Below are positions 48,415 through 58,383 of a DNA stretch of 64,000 nucleotides, one piece after another. How positions within the stretch are numbered: the stretch's first letter is position 1; every line of letters begins with the position of its first letter. The stretch is taken from contig CAWCDC010000010.1 of assembly GCA_963794255.1 (NCBI GenBank), forward strand, positions 206,033 through 270,032. Direction: 5' to 3'. The translations under genes and the position numbers were made by a program. Source of the DNA: an uncultured Actinomycetes bacterium (GTDB lineage: Bacteria > Actinomycetota > Thermoleophilia > Gaiellales > Gaiellaceae). The notes below the pieces were generated by a model. That model did no database searches. It saw only the letters and a list, made by a program, of their open reading frames with translations, and was not told the DNA's origin.

Positions 48415-49908
48415 TCGTCGAACCTCAGATACGGCTCGAGCCCGTGCAGCCCGCCTTCGCGGCCGAAGCCGGACTCCTTGTAGCCGCCGAACGGCGAGCG
48501 TCGGGTCGAAGCGGTTGAACGTGTTCGCCCACACCACGCCGGCGCGCAGGCGCTGCGCCATCCAGAGGATGCGCGAGCCCTTCTCGGTCCAGACGCCGGC
48601 GCTGAGACCGTACGGCGTGTTGTTCGCCTTCTCCAGCGCCTCCTCCGGCGTGCGGAACGTAAGGACGGAAAGGACGGGGCCGAAGATCTCCTCCTGCGCG
48701 ATCCGGTAGCTCTGCGCCACGTTCGTGAACACGGTCGGCGCGAACCAGTAGCCCTGCTCGGGCAGCACGCACGGCGGCTGGTAGATCTGGGCGCCCTCCT
48801 CGACTCCGGAGGCGACGAGCTCCTGGATCCTCTCGAGCTGCGCCGCCGAGTTGATCGCGCCGACGTCGGTGTTCTTGTCGAGCGGATCGCCGACGCGAAG
48901 CGTCGAGAGCCGGCGCTCGAGCTTGGCGACGAGCGGCTCGTAGATCGACTCCTGCACGAAGAGGCGCGAGCCGGCGCAGCAGACGTGTCCCTGGTTGAAG
49001 TAGATGCCGTTGACGATCCCCTCGACCGCCTGGTCGAGCGCCGCGTCGTCGAAGACGATGTTCGCGGCCTTGCCGCCGAGCTCGAGCGTCAGCTTCTTGC
49101 CGGTGCCGGCGAGCCGCCGCTGGATCTCCTTCCCCACCTCGGTCGAGCCCGTGAACGCGATCTTGTCGACGTCGTCGCTCTCGACGAGCGCGGCGCCGGT
49201 GCGGCCGTCGCCCGTGACGATGTTGACGACGCCCGCGGGTAGCTCGGCCTGGCGGAGGATGTCGCAGAAGAGGAGCGCGGTGAGCGGGGTCGTCTCAGCC
49301 GGCTTGAGCACGACCGTGTTGCCGCACGCGAGCGCGGGCGCCACCTTCCACGCGAGCATGAGGAGCGGGAAGTTCCAGGGGATGATCTGGCCCGCCACGC
49401 CGACCGGCCGCGGGCGCCGGTTCGGGAAGGCGTACTCGAGCTTGTCCGCCCAGCCCGCGTAGTAGAAGAAGTGGGCCGCGGCGAGCGGGAGGTCGACGTC
49501 GCGCGATTCCTTGATCGGCTTGCCGCCGTTCAGCGACTCGAGGACGGCGAACTCGCGCGAGCGCTCCTGGAGGAGGCGCGCGATCCGGAAGAGGTACTTC
49601 GCGCGCTCGGAGCCCGGCAGCGACGACCAGCCGTCGGCGAAGGCGGCGCGCGCGGCGGCGACGGCGCGGCCGACCTCCTCGGGCGTGCCCTGCCCCACGG
49701 CCGCGAGCGGCTCCTCGTCGCGGGGGGCGATCGTCTCGTACGTCTCGGCGGGCTCGAGCCACTCGCCGCCGATGAACTGCCCGTAGCGCTCGCGGATCTG
49801 GACGATGTCGCGCGACTCGGGCGCACTCGCATACGTCCAGTCGGCCTGGACGCCTACCTCGCTGCTGGGCTTGTCCAGCTCACCCACGAACCCACCCCCC
49901 ACCCTCAT
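48411..49908 (-). CDS. NAD(P)-dependent aldehyde dehydrogenase (one frame break about 20 codons before the stop; start uncertain)
   Basis: FIGGEW..IIPWNFPLLM..FTGSTEVGK..LELGGKA..FNQGHVCCAGSR..EEIFGPV. The tail SPFGGYKESGFGREGG..YLRFDE-stop was recovered in the frame of ORF 48425..48772. Confidence 0.9.
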
Positions 49909-49977
49909 GGGAGGGGAAAACGTTAGGCCCGAAAGAGCCGTGTAAGTGTGCTGCCTTGGTCACGAAACGGTGTCTCT

Positions 49978-50919
49978 TCAATCCTTGGTGAAGTAGTCGC
50001 CGCTCTGATAGGTGCCGGTTCGTTCCTTGCGCAGCTGCATCAGGATGTCGTTGAGCAGCGAGGACGCGCCGAGCCGGTACAGGTCCGGCGTCAGCCACTC
50101 CGGCCCGAGGGTCTCGTGGACGAGCACGAGGTGCTGCACCGCCTGCTTCGCCTGGCGAATCCCGCCCGCTGCCTTGAAGCCGACGCGCCGGCCGGTTTCG
50201 CCGTACACGTCGCGGATCGCTTCGAGCATGCAGAGCGCGACCGGCAGCGTCGCGGCCGGCGAGATCTTCCCCGTCGACGTCTTGACGAAATCCGCGCCGG
50301 CGGCGATGGCGAGCAGCGTCGCCCGCCGCACGTTGTCGTACGTGCCGAGCTCGCCGGTCTCGAGGATCACCTTCAGATGGCGATCGCCGCAGACCTCCTT
50401 CACCTGGACGATCTCGTCGTAGACCTTCGCGTAACGGCCGGAGAGAAACGCGCCGCGGTCGATCACCATGTCGATCTCGTCGGCTCCCAGCTCGATCGCC
50501 GCGCGCACGTCCGCGACCTTCAGCGCGGTCGGGTACTGGCCCGACGGGAACCCGGTCGCGACCGCCGCGATCTTCACGCCGCTGCTGTCGCCGAGCCGCT
50601 CGCGCACCGCGGGAACGAGGTTCGGGTAGACGCACACCGCTGCTACCGCAGGAACGCTGGGATCCGAAGGGTCCGGCCGGAGCGCCTTCGAGGCGATCGC
50701 CGCCGCCTTGCCGGGCGTGTCCGCACCCTCGAGCGTGGTCAGGTCGGTCGTCCGGATTGCCAGCTGCAGCGCCCAGACCTTCGCCTCACGCTTGATCGAG
50801 CGCTTCGCGAGCGAGGCGGCGCGCTCCTCGAGCGCAACCGCGTCGACTGCCCCGATCCGCGGCAGCGGCGCTTCGAGCGGTAGCTCGAACCCCGCCGGCA
50901 ATGCAGGCGCCTGAGCCAT
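49978..50919 (-). CDS. deoC: deoxyribose-phosphate aldolase (long form)
   Basis: Start taken at MAQAPALP. ..VAAVCVYPNLV..IDMVIDRG..LKVILETGEL..ADFVKTSTGK (Schiff-base Lys). Confidence 0.88.
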   Translation of the reverse strand: MAQAPALPAGFELPLEAPLPRIGAVDAVALEERAASLAKRSIKREAKVWALQLAIRTTDLTTLEGADTPGKAAAIASKALRPDPSDPSVPAVAAVCVYPNLVPAVRERLGDSSGVKIAAVATGFPSGQYPTALKVADVRAAIELGADEIDMVIDRGAFLSGRYAKVYDEIVQVKEVCGDRHLKVILETGELGTYDNVRRATLLAIAAGADFVKTSTGKISPAATLPVALCMLEAIRDVYGETGRRVGFKAAGGIRQAKQAVQHLVLVHETLGPEWLTPDLYRLGASSLLNDILMQLRKERTGTYQSGDYFTKD

Positions 50920-50986
50920 GGGTTTGAGTGTAGTCCCCGTCAAAGTCCTCACAATCTGCCGCCGAAACGGGGGCTACCCTGATCGC

Positions 50987-52060
50987 ATGCTGAGGACGAT
51001 TGCGGGTCTCGTCACAGTGGCGGCGATCTCCCTCGTCTCGGGGACGGCAAAGCCGGCCACATCGACCCGGTCAACCACGGGCTTCTCCGACGCCGCCGAG
51101 ACCGTGATGGGGACGCTCGTCGGGCCACCCAACGCGAAGTTCCTCACGCGCATCCGCAACGGGAAGATGGGTGGCGTCGTGCTCCTCGGCAACGGCTGGC
51201 TCACGCGCAGCACGGCGGCCAAGGTCACGGCAGAACTGCAGCACGCCGCGTGCACGCGTGGCGAGCCGCTCCTCATCGCCGTCGACCAGGAAGGCGGCCT
51301 CGTCAGGCGTCTCGCCTGGGCGCCGCCGACCGAGGCGCCCGACCAGATGACGAGCCCTGCGGTTGCGCAGTCGCAAGCCGCCGGCGCGGCAGAGGCGCTC
51401 CGCTCGGTGGGAATCGACGTCGACTTCGCGCCGGTTGTCGACACGCCCGGCTCGGCCGAGAACTTCCTCGGCTCGCGCGCCTTCTCGCACTCGCGCACCT
51501 GGAACGCACAGATGGCCCGCGCCTTCGTCGACGGACTGCAGACGAACGGGATCGCGGCGACCGCGAAGCACTTCCCCGGTCTCGGTCTCGCAGGAGGCAA
51601 CACCGACGACGGCCGGATCGTGATCAAGGCCGCCGCCTGGAAACTCCACCAGGGTCTGCTCCCGTTCCAGAGCGCGGTCAAAGCCGGGACGAAGCTCGTG
51701 ATGATCTCGACTGCGATCTACCCGAAGCTCGACGGGTCGAAGAAGCCCGCAGCGTTCTCGAGCACGATCATCAACGGCCTGCTGCGGAAGAAGCTCGGCT
51801 TTACGGGCGTCACGGTGACCGACACGCTCACCGCGCCGGCCGCCGAGAGGATCCCGCACACCGCGACGCACGCGATGCTCGCCGGCTCCGACCTGCTCAT
51901 CTTCGGCGCAGAGAGCGCAAGCGAGCTGGGCTACTCGACCCTCCTCGCCGACGAAGCCGGCTCCTCGCGGCTCCAGAACCGCCTCACCCAGGCGGCCGCG
52001 CGGATCCGAGCGCTCAAGGAGTGGCTGGCCGTCCATGGCGGCGCCACCTGCACGCCGTAG
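50987..52060 (+). CDS. secreted glycoside hydrolase family 3 N-terminal domain protein (beta-N-acetylhexosaminidase-like)
   Basis: Signal-like MLRTIAGLVTVAAISLVSG. LIAVDQEGG, DFAPVVD, AKHFPGLG. Confidence 0.82.
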   Translation: MLRTIAGLVTVAAISLVSGTAKPATSTRSTTGFSDAAETVMGTLVGPPNAKFLTRIRNGKMGGVVLLGNGWLTRSTAAKVTAELQHAACTRGEPLLIAVDQEGGLVRRLAWAPPTEAPDQMTSPAVAQSQAAGAAEALRSVGIDVDFAPVVDTPGSAENFLGSRAFSHSRTWNAQMARAFVDGLQTNGIAATAKHFPGLGLAGGNTDDGRIVIKAAAWKLHQGLLPFQSAVKAGTKLVMISTAIYPKLDGSKKPAAFSSTIINGLLRKKLGFTGVTVTDTLTAPAAERIPHTATHAMLAGSDLLIFGAESASELGYSTLLADEAGSSRLQNRLTQAAARIRALKEWLAVHGGATCTP

Positions 52061-52073
52061 TAAGCCGTAGTGA

Positions 52074-52935
52074 CTAGAGCCCGAGCCGCTCGAGCGTGGC
52101 CGCGTCGCGGCGCCACCGTCGGCCGCACCTTGACCTTGAGCTCGAGGAAGACCGGATGGCCGAGCAGCGCCTCGATCTCCGGCCGCGCGCGCGTCCCGAT
52201 GTCCTTCACGACCGAGCCGCCCTTCCCCACCACGATCTGCTTCTGCGACTCGGTCTCGACGAGAATCGAGGCCCGCACGACCTTCTCCTCGATCTCCTCC
52301 ACCTCGACGGAGATCGAGTGCGGCACCTCGTCGCGGGTCAGCCACAGCGCCTTCTCGCGTACGAGCTCGGCCAGCTGCTGCTCGACCGACAGGTCGGTGC
52401 GCTGCTCCGGCGGGAAGTAGAGCGGGCCCTCGGGCAGCAAGGCGACGAGCTCGTCGCGCAGCGCCTCGATGCCGTCGCCGGTCTTCGCGCTCACGGGATG
52501 GAGCGCGTGGAAGGGGCCGAGCCTCGCCGCGGCGTTCATCTGCTGCGCGATGTGCCCTGCCTTGAGCCGGTCGACCTTGTTGAGCGCAACCACGACCGGA
52601 ACGCCCAGCGCGTAGACGCGCGAGGCGATGAAGCGGTCGCCGGCGCCGATCCGCTCCCGCGCCGACAGGACGAAGAGGACGGCCTCCACTTCCTCGAAGG
52701 CAGCGTCGACCGTCTTCTGCATGCGCTCGGTGAGCGCGTCGAGGGGCCGCTGGAAGCCCGGCAGATCGGCGAGGACGAGCTGGTAGCCGTCGCCGTTCGC
52801 GATTCCGAAGATGCGGCGGCGCGTCGTCTGCGGCTTGTCCGAGACGATCGCGACCTTGCCACCGCAGAGCGCGTTGACGAGAGTGGACTTGCCGACGTTG
52901 GGCCGGCCGGCGACGGCGACGATGCCCGATTTCAT
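52074..52935 (-). CDS. era: GTPase Era (frame break about 15 codons before the stop)
   Basis: MKSGIVAVAGRPNVGKSTLVNAL..DKPQTTR..LADLPG..NKVD.., KH domain ..IVVGKGGSVVK... The tail DWRRDAATLERLGL-stop was obtained by reframing. Confidence 0.9.
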
Positions 52936-53306
52936 GCGTCCGGCAGATCCCAGGTCTCGGGCAGCAGCTCGTCGGCACCGTACGTCGCGACCGTGCCGTC
53001 GGCACGGCGGAAATGGACGCGGTCGAACCGCCATTCGTACAGCCACTGGCGGCAGCCGCCGCACGGCGAGGCAGTGATCGCGATCGCCTCCACCTCACCC
53101 GGCCGCACGCCCTCGCTCGCGGCCTTGGCGATGGCCGCCTTCTCGGCGCAGACGCCGAGCGGATACGCCGCGTTCTCGACGTTCGCCGCCGCGAAGACAC
53201 GGCCGTCGCGCGTGAGGACGGCGGCTCCGACCTGGTACGCCGAGTACGGGGCGTAGGCGTTCGCCGCAGCCGCGTCCGCGCGGGCGAGCAGTTCCTCGGG
53301 GGTCAC
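52932..53306 (-). CDS. cdd: cytidine deaminase
   Basis: GTG-TPEELL..AYAPYSAYQVGAAV..NVENAAYPLGVCAEKAAI..ASPCGGCRQWL. Overlaps era (ATGA). Confidence 0.9.
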   Translation of the reverse strand: MTPEELLARADAAAANAYAPYSAYQVGAAVLTRDGRVFAAANVENAAYPLGVCAEKAAIAKAASEGVRPGEVEAIAITASPCGGCRQWLYEWRFDRVHFRRADGTVATYGADELLPETWDLPDA

Positions 53307-53966
53307 GCGAGCGTGCCTCCTCCGTAGAGGAAATGTCCGTTTGCCGTCTCGCGAAGATCGAGCTCGAAACCGAGCGGCCGCACACGCGCCGCCAGCTCCT
53401 CGGCGGCCCAGCGCCGCTTGACGATGCGGAACGTGCGCCCGTCCGCCAGCGAGCGCGTCTCCTCCCACTCGGCCTGGTCGGTGCCCGTGTGGGCGGAATC
53501 GCCGGCTCCGCTGTCGACGAGGAACACGCGACCACCCGGCGCAAGCGCCGACCGCACGAGGCTCCAGAACTCGTCGAACCGCGCCTCCGGGAACGTGCGA
53601 GAGCCAGAAGGAGAAGAAGACGAGGTCGAAGCTCTCGGTCGGCCGCCAGCCGAAGACGTCGGCCTGCACGAGCTCCGCTTCGGAGGTATTGAGCGCGAGC
53701 GTCTCGGCGTTCGCGTCGACGGCGACGACGCGCTCCGCGAGCTCTACGAGCTTGCGCGTCCAGATCCCGGTGCCCGCGGCGAGCTCGAGAACGCTGCCCA
53801 CGGGAGCAAGTGTGCCGAGCGCGTCCTCCGCCTCGGCCGCGTCGTCACGCCAGCGCGCGAGCCGGTCCGGCTCCAGCTCGTAGCGGCCGCGCCGGTACCA
53901 CCAGTCGTCGTACTCCGGCGCCCGCTCGGCGTAGTAACGCTTCTGCTCGGCCACCCGGTCGCTCAC
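53303..53966 (-). CDS. class I SAM-dependent methyltransferase (one frame break near 53560)
   Basis: ..VLELAAGTGIWTRKL..VVAVDA..DLVFFSFWLSHVP, then ..LAPGGRVFLVDS.. (ORF 53303..53557). Confidence 0.7.
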
Positions 53967-54670
53967 GCTGCCGCCGCCTCCTCCTCGAGGAACGCCGGCA
54001 CGCCCGCGAGCGAGTCCGCGTAGCGCGCGGCGCGCGGATCCGGCCGCCGCACGAGCACCGCCGGGATGCCCAGCTCCTCGGCACCGAGGACGTCGGCGAG
54101 GATGTTGTCGCCGATCATCCAGGCCTGAGCCGGCTGCAGCCGGTCGAGCACCGAGGCGTAGGCCTGTGCGTGCGGCTTCTCGTAGCCGGTCTCGGCCGAG
54201 CACGAGACGAGCTCGACGCGCTCGTCGAGACCGAGCGCAGCGACGATCTGCCGCAGCTCCGGAACGTGGTTCGAGAGGATCGCGTGCGTCCAACCCGCCT
54301 GCGTGAGCAGCGAGAGCGCCGGAAGCGTGTCCGCGAAGAGCTCCCAGGCCACGCCCGGGTCGACGTAGAGCCGCCGCGCCGCGTCCGCGAGCTCGAGCGC
54401 CCGCTCGGGCGGGTAGCCGGCGGCTTCGTACGCCCGGGCGAGCACGGGACCCACCGACGCCCACCAGGCCTCGGGCTCGCACAGCTCCGGGTGCGCGACC
54501 TCGGGGCTGTGCCAGGGAAAGCCCTCGCGAAGGTGCGGCCGGAAGGTCTCCGCCGAGTGGGCATGCCCCGGCTCCTCGGCATCGAGGGTCTCCGCGAGCA
54601 GGATGCTCCAGCCCGTCTCGCCGCGCCGGTGCCCGAGCGTTCCGTCGAAGTCCCAGATCGCGAGCCGCAT
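53963..54670 (-). CDS. HAD-superfamily hydrolase
   Basis: MRLAIWDFDGTLG (DxDGT), ..ILSNH.., ..EKPH.., ..MIGDNILADV. Confidence 0.8.
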   Translation of the reverse strand: MRLAIWDFDGTLGHRRGETGWSILLAETLDAEEPGHAHSAETFRPHLREGFPWHSPEVAHPELCEPEAWWASVGPVLARAYEAAGYPPERALELADAARRLYVDPGVAWELFADTLPALSLLTQAGWTHAILSNHVPELRQIVAALGLDERVELVSCSAETGYEKPHAQAYASVLDRLQPAQAWMIGDNILADVLGAEELGIPAVLVRRPDPRAARYADSLAGVPAFLEEEAAAA

Positions 54671-54680
54671 CCCGGTCACG

Positions 54681-55469
54681 TCAGCCGACCAGCTGGAAGA
54701 GGACGAGAGTGACGATCGCCCCGAGGGCGCCCCCGTAGACGACCTCGAGCGTCGAGTGGACGCCCGACTCGACGCGTGTCTGCGCAACGAGCACCGCCAT
54801 GATCAGCGCCAGCGCCGAGACGACGAAACGGTGCGCGTCGCCGACGAGATAGGTCACCGCGACCCAGGCGGCAAACGCGATCGCGGCGTGTCCCGAGGGC
54901 AGGCCCCCGCGGAGCGGCGTGCCGCGACCCGTCCAGGCCTTCGACGCGATGACCAGGAGAACGACGAGGACGAGCGCGACGAGCGTGAGGTCGGCAGGCG
55001 CGTCGCGAACCCGGTTGAGCACGTGCGTCCCGCGCTGTCCGATCGCGTTCTGGAAGACGAGAAAGCCGACCGCCACCGCCGTGATCGACGCGATCAGAAC
55101 CGCGCCGGCCGCGATGTCCTTCGCGAGCTTCGCGTTCGGGTCGAACGACGTCGTCGAGAGGTCGATCACGCCCTCGATCGCAGTGTTCAGCATCTCGGCG
55201 ACGAGGACGAACGCGATGGCGAGCACGAGCGCGATCAGCTGGAGCCGGGTGACACCGACGGCGACCGCGGCGGCGAACACGAGCACCGCCGCGACGAAGT
55301 GGATGCGAAGGTTCCGCTGCGTGCGGAGGACGTGGATGATTCCTTCGAGGGCGTAGTTGAAACTGTCGAGCAGGGACGGTGCGCGACCCGGGGCCGGCTG
55401 GGCCGGCTGACGCTGCGGCCGGTCGCGTTCGCCGTCCTCGGGGCCGCGCGGAAGCGGCGTGACGGTCAC
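54681..55469 (-). CDS. dgkA: diacylglycerol/undecaprenol kinase (DgkA) fused to a PAP2 phosphatase domain
   Basis: Intact 262-aa ORF. FNYALEGIIHVLRTQRNLRIHF..AEMLNTAIEGVID (DgkA), then ..GLPSGHAAIAF.. and TRVESGVHSTLEV (PAP2 PSGH and SRxxxxxHxxxD-like motifs). Confidence 0.78.
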   Translation of the reverse strand: MTVTPLPRGPEDGERDRPQRQPAQPAPGRAPSLLDSFNYALEGIIHVLRTQRNLRIHFVAAVLVFAAAVAVGVTRLQLIALVLAIAFVLVAEMLNTAIEGVIDLSTTSFDPNAKLAKDIAAGAVLIASITAVAVGFLVFQNAIGQRGTHVLNRVRDAPADLTLVALVLVVLLVIASKAWTGRGTPLRGGLPSGHAAIAFAAWVAVTYLVGDAHRFVVSALALIMAVLVAQTRVESGVHSTLEVVYGGALGAIVTLVLFQLVG

Positions 55470-55843
55470 GCCGCGTACACCGCCTCACGCGCCTCCATCT
55501 CGGGGCCATGGTCGTAGCCGACGAGGTGCAGAAGCGCGTGGACGAGCGGGCCGCGCCACTCCTCCCCCACCACGTCGGGGCACAGCACGACGTCGCCGAG
55601 CTGGCGTGGGACGCCGTCCGGCAGCGCGGCAAGACCGTCGATCGGGAAGGCGAGCGCGTCGGTCGCCTCGTCGATGCCGAGGTGCTCCCGCTTCAAGGAG
55701 CGGCTCTCGTCAGGCCCCACGAAGGCGAGCCCGAGCTCTCCCGCGCCCACGCCTTCACCGGCGAGGACGGCACGCGCGAGCTCGACTGCGGCCGCTTCGT
55801 CCACCTCCTCGCCCGAGCGGTTGACGACGTCTACCTCGATCAC
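55466..55843 (-). CDS. ybeY: rRNA maturation endoribonuclease YbeY
   Basis: Intact ORF: ..TDALAFP.. and HALLHLVGYDH zinc motif. Confidence 0.9.
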   Translation of the reverse strand: MIEVDVVNRSGEEVDEAAAVELARAVLAGEGVGAGELGLAFVGPDESRSLKREHLGIDEATDALAFPIDGLAALPDGVPRQLGDVVLCPDVVGEEWRGPLVHALLHLVGYDHGPEMEAREAVYAA

Positions 55844-56883
55844 CGGCTCCGCTGGGTTCCGGTCTGCTCGGCGTGCGCCTTGTACGCCTCGACGATCCGC
55901 TGCACGAGCTTGTGACGGACGACGTCCTGGTGGCTGAACTCGACGAAGGCGATCCCATCGACCGAGCTGAGGATGTCGCGGACCTGGATCAACCCGGACG
56001 CCTGCTCCCGCGGCAGGTCGACCTGGGTCACGTCTCCGGTCACGACCATCTTCGAGCCGAAGCCGAGCCGCGTCAGGAACATCTGCATCTGCTCGGGAGA
56101 CGTGTTCTGCGCCTCGTCGAGGATGACGAAGCTGTCGTTCAGCGTGCGGCCGCGCATGAACGCGAGCGGCGCGACCTCGATCGTGCCGCGCTCCATGAAG
56201 GCGTTCAGCTTCTCCGGGTCCATCGTGTCGTAGAGCGCGTCGAACAACGGCCGCATATACGGGTCGACCTTCGCCAGCACGTCGCCGGGCAGGAAGCCGA
56301 GCCGCTCACCCGCCTCGACGGCGGGCCGCGTCAGGATGATCCGCCCGACCTGGCGTTCCGAGAGCGCAGCGACGGCGAGCGCAATCGCAAGGTAGGTCTT
56401 GCCCGTCCCCGCCGGGCCGATGCCGAACGTGACGGTGCACTCGCGGATCGCGTCGACGTAGCGCTTCTGCGTGACGGTCTTCGGCGTGATCCGCTTGCCG
56501 CGATGAGACCAGACGACGTCGGAGAAGATCTCGTGCACGTCCTCCGCCTGGTCGATCGCGCCGAGGATGCCGTCGACCGTGCCGGCGTTGACCTCCTGGC
56601 CGCCCTCGACGAGCTCGACGAGCTCCTCCACCACCGCCTGCGCCTCGGCGACCTTCACGTCGTCACCCGCCAGCGTGAGCCGATTCCCGCGCAGGTTGAC
56701 GGTGCAGCCGAGCCGGTCACGGAGGGCCTCGAGCACCGGATCGCCGATGCCCGCGAGCTCTGCCGCAACCTCGTTCGAAACGTCGAGAACCGTTTGCACA
56801 AGCGGCAGTGTAGGTGGCTCTGCGGGCGGCTCCCCGCCCCCGCGAAGGAGCGAACAAGGGTTCGTTGCGTGGATCACGAACAT
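55840..56883 (-). CDS. phoH: PhoH-like ATPase with N-terminal KH-like region (true start may be internal)
   Basis: Intact ORF: ..VTFGIGPAGTGKTYLAIALAV..ILTRPAVEAGE..FMRGRTL..FVILDEAQN. Confidence 0.9.
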   Translation of the reverse strand: MFVIHATNPCSLLRGGGEPPAEPPTLPLVQTVLDVSNEVAAELAGIGDPVLEALRDRLGCTVNLRGNRLTLAGDDVKVAEAQAVVEELVELVEGGQEVNAGTVDGILGAIDQAEDVHEIFSDVVWSHRGKRITPKTVTQKRYVDAIRECTVTFGIGPAGTGKTYLAIALAVAALSERQVGRIILTRPAVEAGERLGFLPGDVLAKVDPYMRPLFDALYDTMDPEKLNAFMERGTIEVAPLAFMRGRTLNDSFVILDEAQNTSPEQMQMFLTRLGFGSKMVVTGDVTQVDLPREQASGLIQVRDILSSVDGIAFVEFSHQDVVRHKLVQRIVEAYKAHAEQTGTQRSR

Positions 56884-56944
56884 GACTCCGTCGTCTCCAT
56901 GCGCTACCGTCCCGGGCTCGGGTCCCCTTTGCAGTGCCGTTCCT

Positions 56945-58081
56945 ATGCGACGTCACGGTCTCGCCCTCCTCTGCACGCTTTCCCTCGCCGCACTCGCGGC
57001 AGCCGTCGCTGCAACCGTGGCGCGCGGCGGCTCGACGCCTGAGATCCGCGCCCAGCAGGCCCACGAGCGCTCGGTCCTCGCCGAGGTGAACCAGATCGGA
57101 AACCAGCTTCAAGTCGCCGAAGACAGGGCCTGGAGCGCGCAGCAGCGCCTCAATCAGGTGAAGCAGAGCCTGCGCGAGAATCAGTACCGGCTGCACGTCG
57201 CCAAGGGCAACCTCCACGACTCGCAGAAGCGGCTCGAGTCGCGCCTCTACTCGCTCTACGTGAACGGATCGCCAAGCGCGATCGAGGCCATCGCGGGCGC
57301 GAGGACCCTCGGGCAGATCATCAGCCGCACCGAGGCGGCGCAGGTGCTCTCGAACCAGGACACGGCGCTCGGAGAGCAGGCGCTCCGGTTCGAGCACGCG
57401 GTGCAGACGCGGGAGCGGCAGCTGAAGTCGCTCGAGGCGAAGCGCGCAGCCGCCGCGAGGGAGCTCAACGCCGAAAAGCAGCAAAAGGCGTCGGAGCTCG
57501 GACGCGAGAAGCAGTTACTCGCGTCGATCCACACGACGATTGCGCATCTGCAGGCGCAGGAGGCAGCGCGCGAGCGGGCGGTACGGCTCGCAGCGGAGAC
57601 GCGCGTGCGCGCGGAAGAGGCTGCCAGCGCTCGGGCAGCGCGTACGGCGGCGGCGCAGGCGCAGCAAGCACCGCCGGTCCAGTCCTCCACGACCTCGGTC
57701 GTTCCGCCGCCGATCAGCGTGCCGGTGGGCAACGGAGGCGCGGGCCATCCCTCGGCGGCCTCGATCGCGCTCCACTATCTCGGCGTCCCGTACCGCTGGG
57801 GCGGCGCGAGCCCGAGCGGGTTCGACTGCTCGGGTCTCGTGATGTTCGTCTACGAGCAGCTCGGGATCTCGCTTCCCCACTACACCGTCGCCCAGTGGAA
57901 CGCGACCGAGCCCGTCGCGTCACCGGCGCCCGGCGACCTCGTCTTCTTCAACGGCCTCGGCCATGTCGGGATCTACATCGGCGGCGGCCAGTTCGTCGAC
58001 GCCCCGCACACCGGCTCGGTCGTCCGCATCGACAGCCTCTCGAGCTTCGGCGGCTACGACGGCGCCCGCCGCGTTCCTTAG
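56945..58081 (+). CDS. secreted NlpC/P60 peptidoglycan endopeptidase with N-terminal coiled coil (RipA-like)
   Basis: Signal MRRHGLALLCTLSLAALAAAVA, a long coiled-coil segment, and catalytic domain YRWGGASPSGFDCSGLVMFVY..GDLVFF..HVGIYIGGGQFVDAPHTG. Confidence 0.85.
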   Translation: MRRHGLALLCTLSLAALAAAVAATVARGGSTPEIRAQQAHERSVLAEVNQIGNQLQVAEDRAWSAQQRLNQVKQSLRENQYRLHVAKGNLHDSQKRLESRLYSLYVNGSPSAIEAIAGARTLGQIISRTEAAQVLSNQDTALGEQALRFEHAVQTRERQLKSLEAKRAAAARELNAEKQQKASELGREKQLLASIHTTIAHLQAQEAARERAVRLAAETRVRAEEAASARAARTAAAQAQQAPPVQSSTTSVVPPPISVPVGNGGAGHPSAASIALHYLGVPYRWGGASPSGFDCSGLVMFVYEQLGISLPHYTVAQWNATEPVASPAPGDLVFFNGLGHVGIYIGGGQFVDAPHTGSVVRIDSLSSFGGYDGARRVP

Positions 58082-58124
58082 CTCGCGAGTGCGTCGCACT
58101 CGCTCGCTGGGATAACGGAACTCC

Positions 58125-58173
58125 GCGCGCCGGAAAGCGCGGTTTCCGGCGCGCTCCGTGCTGTTTTGTTTGT
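58125..58173 (+). terminator. intrinsic terminator of the NlpC/P60 gene
   Basis: Perfect 12-bp stem GCGCGCCGGAAA / TTTCCGGCGCGC with a 6-nt loop, followed by the T-rich run TCCGTGCTGTTTTGTTTGT. Confidence 0.65.
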
Positions 58174-58383
58174 CGATGCTCTGGACGAGGCGCCTACCTC
58201 GTGCGCTCGCGCGCGGCGAAGGCCGACGCGAGCGCAGTCCGGCCTCCGGCTAAGTCGCCGCTTCGCGGCTGTCTTAGCCTCCGGCCCTTGGCGCCGTCGT
58301 GGTGTAGACGCGCAGCCGAATGTGCCCTACTGCACGGAGCCAACGGGAGACCGCGCTCTCCCGTTGGCGCAGTTCCTTAGCCC

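Noticed and set aside
58102-58128. Possible additional copy of the TCGSCTGGGCCAG repeat family (GCTCGCTGGGATAACGGAACTCCGCGC)
   Set aside because: Only an 11-mer is shared with R1, and the match overlaps the terminator stem. It is too weak to count. It is mentioned in a finding but not annotated.
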